A DNA stretch of 64,000 nucleotides from an uncultured candidatus Porisulfidus sp. (GTDB lineage Bacteria; Pseudomonadota; Gammaproteobacteria; Poriferisulfidales; Oxydemutatoraceae), in contig OZ244052.1 in the NCBI GenBank assembly GCA_965215125.1, forward strand, positions 1,312,001 to 1,376,000, in the 5' to 3' direction. The notes under the pieces are model-generated. The model ran no database searches. It was given only the letters and a program-made list of their open reading frames with translations, and was not told the origin of the DNA. This document shows, one piece after another, positions 52,661 through 62,441 of the stretch (positions within the stretch are counted from its first letter, which is position 1; every line of letters begins with the position of its first letter). The translations under genes and the position numbers were made by a program.

Positions 52661-54187
52661 TTATTCAGAGGTATACAAGATATTGTTATTCTCTAGATAT
52701 TCCAAAAACTCTACAATGGTTTTGGGAGAAATGAGCAGATTATCTGTTTGTTTCAGGAAGTTAATCTGGCGTATAGTGTCCTTAAAAATACTGGGTGCAA
52801 CAAAGTAACACATTGATTTTTCTACTTTCGTGTCAAACTTTTCTAAGTGTCTAGCAATCGGCCACACTTCCGCCATAGTTTGGGTTCTCCCCTCGGACAT
52901 TGTTACCTCAATTAAGACTCCGTTTACATCTTCAAAGCATTCAATGTCCCCGGTGTCCCTGGAGCCTTTTGCGGTTGATGTCGGTATACCTTCATCATCA
53001 ATAGGATAATTTGGTATTACTTGTATATTCGGGAATTTTGATTTCACTGCCAATGCCGTCAAAAACTCAAACCGTATTGGACCTGATAGATATTTCAAAG
53101 TTTCATGTTTCGTTAATTTTCTACTTGATAGTATTAGCATTTCTTTTTTGATTGTCTCCCAAGTATGTATATCAACCCACTTTTTCAAGAATTCATCGCG
53201 CTCGGAAGCTGAAACAGTTTTTGGTTTAGACGAAATTAAGTTTTTATCGATAGTGGAGATATACTCAAAATAACTTTCTTCTGTATCGTATTTTTTATAC
53301 TCGGAATAGTTTTTCAGAATATAATTTATTTTTACTTGCTCGTTTTTGTTGATATCGATAAACCTTCCTCCACCGCGCAAAGAGATAAGGCCGGTTAATC
53401 GCATTTTTCGGATAAACTCGTCGGGATAATCTACTATGATAGATTTATCGTTCCGTCTAATATCTCTGCCTTCCATGATTTCATTCCGACAAATTCTCAT
53501 AATTATTTCCCTGCTCGGAGAATATCGAAAGTCTTGCCGTAATCTTTTAATTCTCCGATATAACGTCTCTGCATCGTTATTTTTCCAATAAATTACCAGT
53601 GGTAATTCTAGTTTTGAAATGCCCGCGCCATTGTATTCATCGTCGGCGTTTAATTTAGTGATTACTCGGAGCAATAAGACCAAAGGTACATTTTCATTCA
53701 ATACCCTCCGAAAAGGACTATTTGCTTGGTATTTCACAAAAGCATTCAAGAAAGCCTGTTGCTCAAATTCAGGATATTTGTTGTCAACAAGTTTTAATCC
53801 TACCTTTGAGAATCTTATTTTCTTTCCGGTTCGGTAAAATACAAATCCTAGTTCTTTAGAAAATTTGAACCAAGTATCAAAACGAGATGGCCAGCCTTTA
53901 CTAAACCCTGCTTCTTTATGATTTTGCGGATTGTCTCGTAGTATCTTTTTAACTTCTTTATCGGACAGAGGGTTATTTTCTCTCATTTTTTGTTTTATAT
54001 TTTGGGGTAATCTAATCGGTTGGTATAAACCAATTCTGATAATTTCCCCGACAATTTCTTCTGCTAATTTGTCGTCAAGAATTTTTCCGTTATAGTCCTT
54101 TAAGACATTGAGAAAGTCTTTCAATCGCTCGGGGCTTCTAATCGTTGTTGTGAACAATAATGGTTTGTATTCGGCTTGTCTCGGCAT
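52661..54187 (-). CDS. AlwI-family Type IIS restriction endonuclease
   Basis: FTTTIRSPER, RKMRLTGLI, DDEGIPTSTA..GDIEC...IEVT...PIARHL...FVAPSI. Confidence 0.85.
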   Translation of the reverse strand: MPRQAEYKPLLFTTTIRSPERLKDFLNVLKDYNGKILDDKLAEEIVGEIIRIGLYQPIRLPQNIKQKMRENNPLSDKEVKKILRDNPQNHKEAGFSKGWPSRFDTWFKFSKELGFVFYRTGKKIRFSKVGLKLVDNKYPEFEQQAFLNAFVKYQANSPFRRVLNENVPLVLLLRVITKLNADDEYNGAGISKLELPLVIYWKNNDAETLYRRIKRLRQDFRYSPSREIIMRICRNEIMEGRDIRRNDKSIIVDYPDEFIRKMRLTGLISLRGGGRFIDINKNEQVKINYILKNYSEYKKYDTEESYFEYISTIDKNLISSKPKTVSASERDEFLKKWVDIHTWETIKKEMLILSSRKLTKHETLKYLSGPIRFEFLTALAVKSKFPNIQVIPNYPIDDEGIPTSTAKGSRDTGDIECFEDVNGVLIEVTMSEGRTQTMAEVWPIARHLEKFDTKVEKSMCYFVAPSIFKDTIRQINFLKQTDNLLISPKTIVEFLEYLENNNILYTSE

Positions 54188-54191
54188 AATT

Positions 54192-55097
54192 TCAATAGTT
54201 GGTAATCAAGACTTCTTTAATTTTTTTCCGGGTATTGTTGTGATAGTTGATGTAATTGCTTTGAATATCATGGACTTGGTATTTTTTCATCCATTCAATC
54301 AGTAAATCATTTTTTCTTCCGTTGTAATGAGTAATATTTGACAAAGCAAATTTAATGCTCTTTCTATTTAATGTATCAATTAAATCAAGCAAGTTTTTTT
54401 CTTCTTTTGAGTTCCATAACTTATTGTATTCGCTTGAAGCGATAAGGTAAGGAGGGTCAAGGTAGACGAAGTCATTTTTGGTAAATTCTTTTTTCTCAAA
54501 AAATCGCCTAAAGTCTTTAGTCGAGAACTGTATTTTTTTATTTTTTACAAAATCAAAATAATTATTAAGTGCTTTTACAACATTTTTATTAAAATCGACA
54601 TTTCCAACAGGCAAATTGAATGAACCACCGCCATTGAAACGTAACATCCTATTAAATCCGTATATCAATAGCACATACAAAATAAGAGGATCATTTTTTC
54701 GATTTTTGTTCACATCGTTTTTTAATTTTTCATATCCTTCTTTGTTGAATTTAGAATAATAAGTCTTCTTAAACTCTTTTTTTAGAGCATCGGGCACAAT
54801 ATCTTTTTTGTAGGAATGAGATAATTTGTATTTGAAGACGATTTTTTCAACTTTGTCAAAAAACTTTCCCGTATTTTCTGCATTCGAAATTAAGTATTCA
54901 TGAATATTAACAAGGTGTTTATTTATATCATTCAAAAAATACTTCTTTGCGTTGATATTCAGGAAAACCGTACCACCACCAACAAATAATTCATAAAAGT
55001 TTTCTATTTTCTCGGGAAACAAATTTAGCAGTTGTTCCATTAGCCGATATTTATCCCCGACATAAAAGAGAGGTGATCTATTTATTTTCTGTTCCAT
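54192..55097 (-). CDS. Dam/D12-class N6-adenine methyltransferase (second strand)
   Basis: SPLFYVGDK, ELFVGGG, FNLPVG, YLDPPY, EVLITNY. Confidence 0.93.
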   Translation of the reverse strand: MEQKINRSPLFYVGDKYRLMEQLLNLFPEKIENFYELFVGGGTVFLNINAKKYFLNDINKHLVNIHEYLISNAENTGKFFDKVEKIVFKYKLSHSYKKDIVPDALKKEFKKTYYSKFNKEGYEKLKNDVNKNRKNDPLILYVLLIYGFNRMLRFNGGGSFNLPVGNVDFNKNVVKALNNYFDFVKNKKIQFSTKDFRRFFEKKEFTKNDFVYLDPPYLIASSEYNKLWNSKEEKNLLDLIDTLNRKSIKFALSNITHYNGRKNDLLIEWMKKYQVHDIQSNYINYHNNTRKKIKEVLITNY

Positions 55098-56901
55098 GAG
55101 CAGTTTTGGTTACAAACAGATATTCTTTGTGATTATCGAAATTGGTATTTCCGGCGTTAAAATGTCGGTAATCTTTTTCAAACACTTTTGTTTTCCCTTT
55201 CTTGTTCAGAATATTTTTAATTTCTTCGAGCATAATTTTATTTTGCGATGAATTACTCTTGGGGTTGTAAGTGCTGTTATAGGAAACAATTAAATATTTT
55301 GCATTTATGTCATTTATCAATTCTGCAAACTTATCTTTCGCATTTACGCGGCAATAATCACTCATGTTTTCCGGGGTTGGTTTCAAGGCTACGCCGTGTA
55401 ACTTTGGCTTGTCCCATTTTGTAAGTGTCTCAAGTATATGATAAAACCTGCTATATTGTCGGGAGTTATAGGGAGGGTCGATATAGACAATGTCTGTTTT
55501 AATTTTTTTTGCAAGTAGATTTGCATCTTCGCGAAAAATTGAAACCGCCTTGACTTTGATGGGTTCTATCGGGCGCATGAAAAAATTGTCCTCAATAGAT
55601 TTCTTTTTGAAGTATGCATCGTAATGTCCGACTGTATTTGCAATTTTATCGGTGGAATAAAGCAAAGATGACATAAGCATATTATATTCTCGCTTTGTTA
55701 GGTTGTTTCTATTCTCTTCAATGTTCTCGCGAATAAACCCGATAATCTTCGCCGAATTTTTTGAGAAATATTTTCCGCCGAAATTTAGAGAAAAATAATT
55801 TTCATCTAAATCTTCTCCATTAATATTATTATAATCTTTAACAATGGAATTTATTTTTTTGCGATCCCAGTCTCCGTTTCCCAAGAATGCTTTGTATATT
55901 GTTTGATTTGAAAAAAGGAAATCGTTCAGGGTAATTTTGTCGAAATGTTTACCGGCAACTGCGGCAACCACACCGGTTCCGGCAAAAATATCCGTGAATG
56001 ATTTTCCTTCACATTCTTTATCAAGGATAGAAAAAATCCATTTTATTAGTTTGTGTTTGTTCCCGATATATCGCCGGTTGTGTAATTGGAAATAATTTTC
56101 GTTAATTTTCGGAATGTGAAAATAAGTTTCTTGAATTTTCTCTGCGCTAATTCCGTAAGCTGGTTTCTCAATCTCCAACAAGTCAAAAAGTGTTCCTTGG
56201 ATTCCGTCCGCTAGATAATCTAGATCTTTGTTTTGTTTTTTTAGTTTTTCATAAAAACTATAATCTCCTTTTTTGGAAATAATCATAAAATCAACAACGG
56301 GAATCGCCATTATTTCTCCTGCTTTTGTGATTTTCTTAGCCATTTCAATATCTCTCTTGCTTGGGGTTGAATCACCGGACGGATGATTATGAACAAGAAT
56401 AACGCTTGCAGCGTTGAGTTTTATGGCCGGATAAAAAATTTCTCTCGGATGAAACAATGTTTTATCAGAGAGCCCTATACTTACCACTTCCTTTTTTAAT
56501 AAAACATTTCTTGCATCAAGATATAAGCAAATAAGGTGTTCTTTTTTTTTGCTTCGTAAATCATAAGTCAGAGAGCCGACATCTTGAGAATTTTTGATAA
56601 CAATTTCGCTCGTTTCGTTTTCCCCATAAAATCTTTTGACTAGTGAAATTGCTGCCGCAATTTGTAGTGCTTTCGCTTCTCCAATTCCTGCAGTCTTTTT
56701 CAAATCATCAACGGTAATACTTAAAAAATCTTTGCTGAATTTTTTGATAATTTGTTGCGCAAGTTGCTGAACATTCTTTCCCTTGATTCCACTCCCGAGT
56801 AAAATTGCTAAAAGATCACTTTTTGAAAGTGCGTCCGCTCCCTTTTTGAGAAACTTCTCGCGTGGTCTGTCAATTTTTGGGATATCTTTGATCTTTGCCA
56901 T
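55078..56901 (-). CDS. RadC (HhH + JAB) fused to a D12-class N6-adenine methyltransferase
   Basis: aa 1-220: RPREK..G..AL...LLAILLGSG, GIGEAKA, HPREIF, HNHPSG..PS..D; then RRYIGNK, DIFAGTG, YIDPPYN. Confidence 0.92.
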   Translation of the reverse strand: MAKIKDIPKIDRPREKFLKKGADALSKSDLLAILLGSGIKGKNVQQLAQQIIKKFSKDFLSITVDDLKKTAGIGEAKALQIAAAISLVKRFYGENETSEIVIKNSQDVGSLTYDLRSKKKEHLICLYLDARNVLLKKEVVSIGLSDKTLFHPREIFYPAIKLNAASVILVHNHPSGDSTPSKRDIEMAKKITKAGEIMAIPVVDFMIISKKGDYSFYEKLKKQNKDLDYLADGIQGTLFDLLEIEKPAYGISAEKIQETYFHIPKINENYFQLHNRRYIGNKHKLIKWIFSILDKECEGKSFTDIFAGTGVVAAVAGKHFDKITLNDFLFSNQTIYKAFLGNGDWDRKKINSIVKDYNNINGEDLDENYFSLNFGGKYFSKNSAKIIGFIRENIEENRNNLTKREYNMLMSSLLYSTDKIANTVGHYDAYFKKKSIEDNFFMRPIEPIKVKAVSIFREDANLLAKKIKTDIVYIDPPYNSRQYSRFYHILETLTKWDKPKLHGVALKPTPENMSDYCRVNAKDKFAELINDINAKYLIVSYNSTYNPKSNSSQNKIMLEEIKNILNKKGKTKVFEKDYRHFNAGNTNFDNHKEYLFVTKTAHGTENK

Positions 56902-57151
56902 ATTTAACTCTATTCAATTCTCAGTGGAAATTTCTTGGTGTCCCTCCGAAAGCAAACATTTTTCTGTAAATTTTAATAGATTCTTCAAAATTTATTTAGC
57001 ATATATAGTCAAGTAAAGAATGTCTGCGTTGACTATTATATCAAGCCTTAATCTCTTAGGTATTGTCCACTACGAAATGCAAAATCTACCCAAGCGGTGG
57101 TACAATCGGCATAGCATCGTACCGAATTATCATAGACACAAGGAGAACATT

Positions 57152-57352
57152 ATGGCACTAAAGTGGACGGACAGTCGTGAGATTGCGATTGCTTTGGACG
57201 AGGCGCATCCGGATGTCGATCCGCAAGGAGTGCGTTTTACCGATTTATATCAATGGGTCTGCGAGCTTGAAGACTTTGCCGACGATCCTAAACATTCGGG
57301 TGAGAGGATTCTAGAGGCGATTCAAATGGCGTGGATAGAGGAAAAAGACTAG
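57152..57352 (+). CDS. iscX: Fe-S assembly protein IscX
   Basis: [27 protein letters not shown]...[12 protein letters not shown]; SD aaggag upstream. Confidence 0.97.
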   Translation: MALKWTDSREIAIALDEAHPDVDPQGVRFTDLYQWVCELEDFADDPKHSGERILEAIQMAWIEEKD

Positions 57353-57364
57353 AGGAGAACAACG

Positions 57365-57796
57365 ATGGCAATAGAGAGAACTTTGTCTATTATCAAACCC
57401 GATGCGGTTGCGGCAAATCATATCGGCGAGATTTACGCTCGCTTCGAGGCGGCGGGCATACGGATTGTGGCGGCGAGGATGATGCAGTTGTCCGAGTTGC
57501 AGGCGATGGGGTTTTATGCGGTTCATAAGGCGCGTCCGTTTTTCAAGGATTTGGTGAAATTTATGACATCCGGTCCGGTTATGGTGCAGGTGTTGGAGGG
57601 CGAGAATGTTATTGCACGCAACCGCGAGCTGATGGGCGCGACGAATCCGCAGGAGGCGGCTGACGGCACTATTCGAAAGGACTTTGCGAGCAGTATCGAT
57701 CAAAATGCGGTGCACGGCTCCGATGCGCCCGAGACCGCGCAAACCGAGATTGCTTTCTTTTTTAATGAAGCGGAGATATGCAAGCGGACTTTTTGA
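57365..57796 (+). CDS. ndk: Nucleoside diphosphate kinase
   Basis: [19 protein letters not shown]. Confidence 0.99.
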   Translation: MAIERTLSIIKPDAVAANHIGEIYARFEAAGIRIVAARMMQLSELQAMGFYAVHKARPFFKDLVKFMTSGPVMVQVLEGENVIARNRELMGATNPQEAADGTIRKDFASSIDQNAVHGSDAPETAQTEIAFFFNEAEICKRTF

Positions 57797-58905
57797 GTAA
57801 TAAGATTGCTACTCGCACACTGATAAACCCGTTGGCATTAAGCCGCAAAGAACTAGCCGACTTATGCTCGGCTTTGGGTGAAAAGGCGGTGCATGCAAAA
57901 TCGGTAATCAAATATATACACCGTTTTGGGGTATGCGATTATAACCGGATGCACGATCTTAAAGCGACCCTGCGCAACAAGCTTGCCCGAGTGTCGGCTT
58001 GGGATTTTCCGACGATCGTCAGAGAGCAACGCGCGCCCGACGGCACCTATAAATGGTTGCTTAGACTAAAAGACATGAACTTGGTAGAGACTGTATTAAT
58101 TCCCGAGCAGCGGAGAAACACGCTGTGTATTTCTACCCAAGTTGGATGCGCACTAAACTGTGCTTTTTGTGCGACTGCGCGTCAAGGCTTTGAGCGCAAC
58201 CTAGACTGCGGTGAGATTGTTGCCCAGTTATGGCTGGTTAATCGTCGTTTGCGTGCGGTGGATGAAGCCGAGGTTAGCAATGTGGTGTTTATGGGAATGG
58301 GCGAGCCGTTATTGAATTTCGATGCGGTTATTCGCGCCGCATCTTTGATGACTGACGACCTTGCGTACGGTATTCCGGCGCGCAGAGTCACCGTAAGCAC
58401 ATCGGGTTATGTCCCCGGCATCCTGCGCTTGAAGGCGGTGCCGAATGTTGCGCTCACGGTTTCTCTGCACGCACCTACCGACTCATTGCGCGACCGTCTA
58501 GTGCCTATAAACCGCAAGTATTCGATTGCGGTTTTGATGGATGCGGTGCGTCAATTTTTGGATGCTCGCCGGTCAAACACCGGCTTAACTTTCGGTTATG
58601 TCATGCTCAAAGATGTCAACGATACCGTGTCGTGTGCGGTGGCACTTGCCCGATTGATTGAGGGAATTCCCGCTAAAGTCAATTTAATCCCGTTCAACGA
58701 TTTTACGCAAAGTGGTTTTTCGTGTTCAAATGCCGAGACACTCGCTCGTTTTCGCAGTGTCTTATATGAATATGGTATTGTGACTACCCTGCGCCGCTCG
58801 CGTGGTTCGGATATATCGGCTGCCTGCGGACAACTAAGCGCATTGTGTAAAAATAACAACCTGAGCGACGATGTGAACACCGGTCGGCGGATTTATGTGG
58901 GATAA
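57778..58905 (+). CDS. rlmN: 23S rRNA/tRNA m2A methyltransferase RlmN
   Basis: [31 protein letters not shown]. Confidence 0.97.
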   Translation: MQADFLSNKIATRTLINPLALSRKELADLCSALGEKAVHAKSVIKYIHRFGVCDYNRMHDLKATLRNKLARVSAWDFPTIVREQRAPDGTYKWLLRLKDMNLVETVLIPEQRRNTLCISTQVGCALNCAFCATARQGFERNLDCGEIVAQLWLVNRRLRAVDEAEVSNVVFMGMGEPLLNFDAVIRAASLMTDDLAYGIPARRVTVSTSGYVPGILRLKAVPNVALTVSLHAPTDSLRDRLVPINRKYSIAVLMDAVRQFLDARRSNTGLTFGYVMLKDVNDTVSCAVALARLIEGIPAKVNLIPFNDFTQSGFSCSNAETLARFRSVLYEYGIVTTLRRSRGSDISAACGQLSALCKNNNLSDDVNTGRRIYVG

Positions 58906-58937
58906 TGCTTAATTAAACATAGACCTGACACAACGAT

Positions 58938-60122
58938 ATGGACGAAGAACATATAGACGAACCGAAAAAGCCCGGACAATATCTAGCTTACGAGCGAGAG
59001 AAAAAAGGCTTTACGGTTGAAGATATTGCCGAGAAATTACGCTTGTCTCCGCGCATCATTCATGCGCTGGAAGAAGAGATACACGACAAATTACCCGAGT
59101 TGGTTTATGTGCGCGGTTATATACGGGCGTATTGTCGGTTGTTGCGTATAGACCCGGTTCCCGTGCTTGATATGTACACCGCTAATCTACCTCAAGAGAC
59201 AGACCAGTTACTTGAAGACTTGTCGTCGAGTTCTCCGCTCAACGAACGACAGCAGAAATATATAATATTTTGGGGAAGCGTCATCGTAGCATTTATATTT
59301 TTGGCATTGGTTATCGGTTGGTGGCAAGAGAATCGACCGACAACCTACCCTGTAAGTGAATCCTCGGTTTCGCAAGAGGAGGCAGCACCCGCCTTCGTGG
59401 GTGAACCTTCGGTCTTGCAAGAGGAGGCAGCCCCCGCCTTCGTGGGCGAACCTTCGGTCTTGCAAGAGGAGACAGCACCCGCCTTCGTGGGCGGGCCTTC
59501 GGTTTCGCAAGAGGAGACAGCACCCGCCGCCGTGGGCGAGCCTTCGGTTTCGCAAGAGGAGACAGCATCCGCCGCCGTGGGCGGGCCTTCGGTTTCGCAA
59601 GAGGAGACAGCATCCGCCGCCGTGGGCGGGCCTTCGGTTTCGCAAGAGGAGACAGCATCCGCCGCCGTAGGCGAGCCTTCGGTCTCGCAGGAGGATGTCG
59701 CTGAGCAATCGGAGATTCCCGATATTCCACCGCAGCAAGAAGCGGCACAATCTCCCTCCGATATGGAAGCTATCAATGTATCGGATGATGAGGTACGATC
59801 TACCGTGCTTGAGACCGAAGCGGACACCGAAGTAAATAGCCAACGACTCGATGCAATTGACGATGCGTCGCAACCGGTGACATTGGTTGTTATGTCTACC
59901 GGTGAAAGCTGGGCGCGTGTGAGAGACGGGGGAGGCGATATTTTTATCCATAGGATTTTACCCACGGGATACAATAAGATTTTTATGGTCAACTTACCGC
60001 TGAAATTTGAATTGGGCAATGCCAACCAAGTGAGTATTATGATTGACGGCAAAGACTATGATATTTCATCGTATATTAAACCTAATAAGGTAGCTAATTT
60101 TGAGGTAACCGAACTACCCTAG
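58938..60122 (+). CDS. rodZ: Cell-shape protein RodZ (HTH, TM, repeat linker, DUF4115)
   Basis: VYVRGYIRAYC HTH, single TM, ESWARVRDG..LGNA. Confidence 0.92.
   Translation: MDEEHIDEPKKPGQYLAYEREKKGFTVEDIAEKLRLSPRIIHALEEEIHDKLPELVYVRGYIRAYCRLLRIDPVPVLDMYTANLPQETDQLLEDLSSSSPLNERQQKYIIFWGSVIVAFIFLALVIGWWQENRPTTYPVSESSVSQEEAAPAFVGEPSVLQEEAAPAFVGEPSVLQEETAPAFVGGPSVSQEETAPAAVGEPSVSQEETASAAVGGPSVSQEETASAAVGGPSVSQEETASAAVGEPSVSQEDVAEQSEIPDIPPQQEAAQSPSDMEAINVSDDEVRSTVLETEADTEVNSQRLDAIDDASQPVTLVVMSTGESWARVRDGGGDIFIHRILPTGYNKIFMVNLPLKFELGNANQVSIMIDGKDYDISSYIKPNKVANFEVTELP
59356..59695 (+). repeat. 45-bp (15-aa) intragenic tandem repeat, about 7.5 units
   Basis: tcggt(t/c) anchors at 59364, 59409 ... 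59679; unit PSVSQEETAxAxVG(E/G). Confidence 0.95.
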
Positions 60123-60130
60123 AGACCGGC

Positions 60131-61405
60131 GTGGCAATTTTAATAAAATCTATTCGCGGCATGCACGATGCTTTAGCTGCGCAGAGTATGTTATTCCGAA
60201 CGATAGAGATGTGTAGTATCGAGATACTGCGTTCTTTCGGGTATGCGGAAATACGGTTACCAATGCTTGAAAAAACCGAGCTTTATGCGCGCTCTATAGG
60301 CGATCACACCGACATCGTTACTAAAGAGATGTACACCTTTGAGGATCGTAACGGCGACTCGTTGACATTGCGGCCGGAAGGCACCGCAGGTTGCGTGCGC
60401 GCCGCACTGGAACACGGTTTGGTTTCTACACAACAACGGTTGTGGTACGCAGGTCCGTTCTTCCGCCACGAGCGTCCGCAAAAGGGACGTCTCAGACAAT
60501 TCCATCAGGTCGGAGCGGAAACCTTTATGATGGAAGGTCCCGATATAGATTGCGAGTTGATTGCAATTTGCAGTCGGATATTTGACGAACTGGAAGTTGG
60601 TAATTTATGCCTAAAGATTAATTCCTTAGGCGAATCGGAGGCTAGACAAAGCTATGTCAAGGCATTGGTAGAATGGCTTGAACCTCGCAACGATCGGCTC
60701 GACGACGATTCGCGCAAACGGTTGAAAGTGAATCCTCTGCGTATACTCGATAGTAAAAATACGGATACGCAAAAATTGCTGGAGGATGCGCCACAATTAT
60801 CCGAGTATATAGACGATAGTTCTCGCCTGCATTTAGAGAGGCTGAAATCAATGCTGGAAGACAAAAATATAACTTATCAACACGATCCCTTTTTAGTTCG
60901 CGGTCTAGACTATTATAATAAGACGGTGTTTGAGTGGGTTGTCCCGGAAGATGTCGGACAAAACACCGTTTGTGCAGGGGGGCGTTATGACGGTCTCGTC
61001 GCTTTGTTGGGCGGCAAGCAAACACCTGCGGCAGGTTTTGCTTTGGGAATAGAGCGTCTTGCGTTGTTACTGGAAGATCGGCACGATGACGAATTCCTCG
61101 ATGCTGATATTTATATGGTTGCAGTGGGCGAGGAAGCCGAACGTAAGGCACACCTTTTGTCGGATAGAATACGTGATCTTTTGCCTACCGAGCTGGTGCT
61201 TATAGATAATTGCGGTGGTGGCAGTTTTAAGACACAGCTCAAGCGGGCGGACAAGTCGGGTGCTAGCGTTGCGATCATTTTAGGAGAGGACGAAGTAAGC
61301 ACAGGAACCGTTGCGATTAAAGATTTAAGAGGAGAAGCGGAACAAGCAAAATGCAAAGAAAGCGAGTTATTTTATTTTATTCAAAGGCATTTTCCTCTTA
61401 AATAG
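60131..61405 (+). CDS. hisS: Histidine--tRNA ligase
   Basis: LRPEGTA, FRHERPQKGRLRQFHQ, VRGLDYY, GGRYDGL. Confidence 0.99.
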   Translation: MAILIKSIRGMHDALAAQSMLFRTIEMCSIEILRSFGYAEIRLPMLEKTELYARSIGDHTDIVTKEMYTFEDRNGDSLTLRPEGTAGCVRAALEHGLVSTQQRLWYAGPFFRHERPQKGRLRQFHQVGAETFMMEGPDIDCELIAICSRIFDELEVGNLCLKINSLGESEARQSYVKALVEWLEPRNDRLDDDSRKRLKVNPLRILDSKNTDTQKLLEDAPQLSEYIDDSSRLHLERLKSMLEDKNITYQHDPFLVRGLDYYNKTVFEWVVPEDVGQNTVCAGGRYDGLVALLGGKQTPAAGFALGIERLALLLEDRHDDEFLDADIYMVAVGEEAERKAHLLSDRIRDLLPTELVLIDNCGGGSFKTQLKRADKSGASVAIILGEDEVSTGTVAIKDLRGEAEQAKCKESELFYFIQRHFPLK

Positions 61406-61444
61406 ACGATTTATTAAACTGATTTTATTGATAGAGATTAAAAC

Positions 61445-62194
61445 ATGGCAAAAAAGAAACAAGCAAGGCAATCCGATGGAATACAGAGGACATCGGCCAG
61501 AACACCGAAAACGCCGAGAGTTCAATCGGGAGACGAAAGCAAGGAGATGCTTTCGGAGTGGTGGCACGATAACGGCAAGTATTTTATTGCCGGTGCCGTA
61601 CTGGGCATCATGGCTATCGTTGGTTGGAAAGGTTGGGACTACTATACCGAAACCCGAGAGACCGAAGCGGCAACGCATTATGAGGAAATGCTCGATTATA
61701 TCGCATTAGAGGACGCGCAAGATGCAACGCAAATCCTGAGTACACTTCGTGATGAATATGCTAAGACTGCATACACCGTTTTTGCTTCGCTCGCAATGGC
61801 AAAATTCAAAGTTGAGCAAGGACAGCTGGAAGAGGCGGCAACGGACCTAAGATGGGTTGCGGAGAATGCACCATACGAAGAACTCAGATCGTTGGCGTGG
61901 GTTCGTTTGGCGCGTGTATTGATGGAATTAGAGCAGATCGATGAAGCCCGAGAAATTGTCGTCAACTACATTTTCCCGCGTGGTATAGAAGAACTGGCAT
62001 CGGAAGTCCACGGCGATTATTTAGCCCGTCAAGGTAATTATGAACAAGCTCAAGATGCCTATCAAAGAGCCGTCTCTACTTCTATGGTTGATGATTACAA
62101 TTTTATTATGATGAAGATAGAAGAGATCGGCGGCACCTTAGAACCGCCCGAGGACGAAGACGAACAGGGCGGAGACGACGAAGACGAAGGATAA
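61445..62194 (+). CDS. yfgM: YfgM-family TPR membrane protein
   Basis: EWWHDNG, TM, RLARV, GD...G...A..AY; lies between hisS and bamB. Confidence 0.9.
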   Translation: MAKKKQARQSDGIQRTSARTPKTPRVQSGDESKEMLSEWWHDNGKYFIAGAVLGIMAIVGWKGWDYYTETRETEAATHYEEMLDYIALEDAQDATQILSTLRDEYAKTAYTVFASLAMAKFKVEQGQLEEAATDLRWVAENAPYEELRSLAWVRLARVLMELEQIDEAREIVVNYIFPRGIEELASEVHGDYLARQGNYEQAQDAYQRAVSTSMVDDYNFIMMKIEEIGGTLEPPEDEDEQGGDDEDEG

Positions 62195-62260
62195 CGATAC
62201 TATGGCATTGTTTGTGAAACCACATGGTTTCTATGGATCAAATGGATGAATGTATAAGTC

Positions 62261-62438
62261 GTGCAGATACGACACAACCACCCTATGGAAAGGCTTTACA
62301 TTTTGTACTATGTACTAAAATTTCGCACAATGTTACGCCGATTGACCTACTGGCTCAATCGGCGGTTCTATTGCGCCTACCACCCCTCCACAGGAGGGGA
62401 ATGTACCGACACCATATTCGTGCAGACACGGCGCAATT
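62261..62438 (-). repeat. Composite REP-like element with cassette and flanking linkers
   Basis: 62276-62403 is the reverse complement of the 32265 and 38782 elements; gtgcaga linkers lie on both sides. Confidence 0.9.
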
Positions 62439-62441
62439 ATA

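Noticed and set aside
57020-57151. N-terminal extension of IscX (and of LmuA from 46445, GspF from 3974, the DUF4040 gene from 15848)
   Set aside because: Family-typical N-termini, SD sites or gene overlaps point to the downstream starts used here.
59208-60052. Long antisense and alternate-frame ORFs over rodZ
   Set aside because: These are by-products of the stop-free 45-bp tandem repeat.
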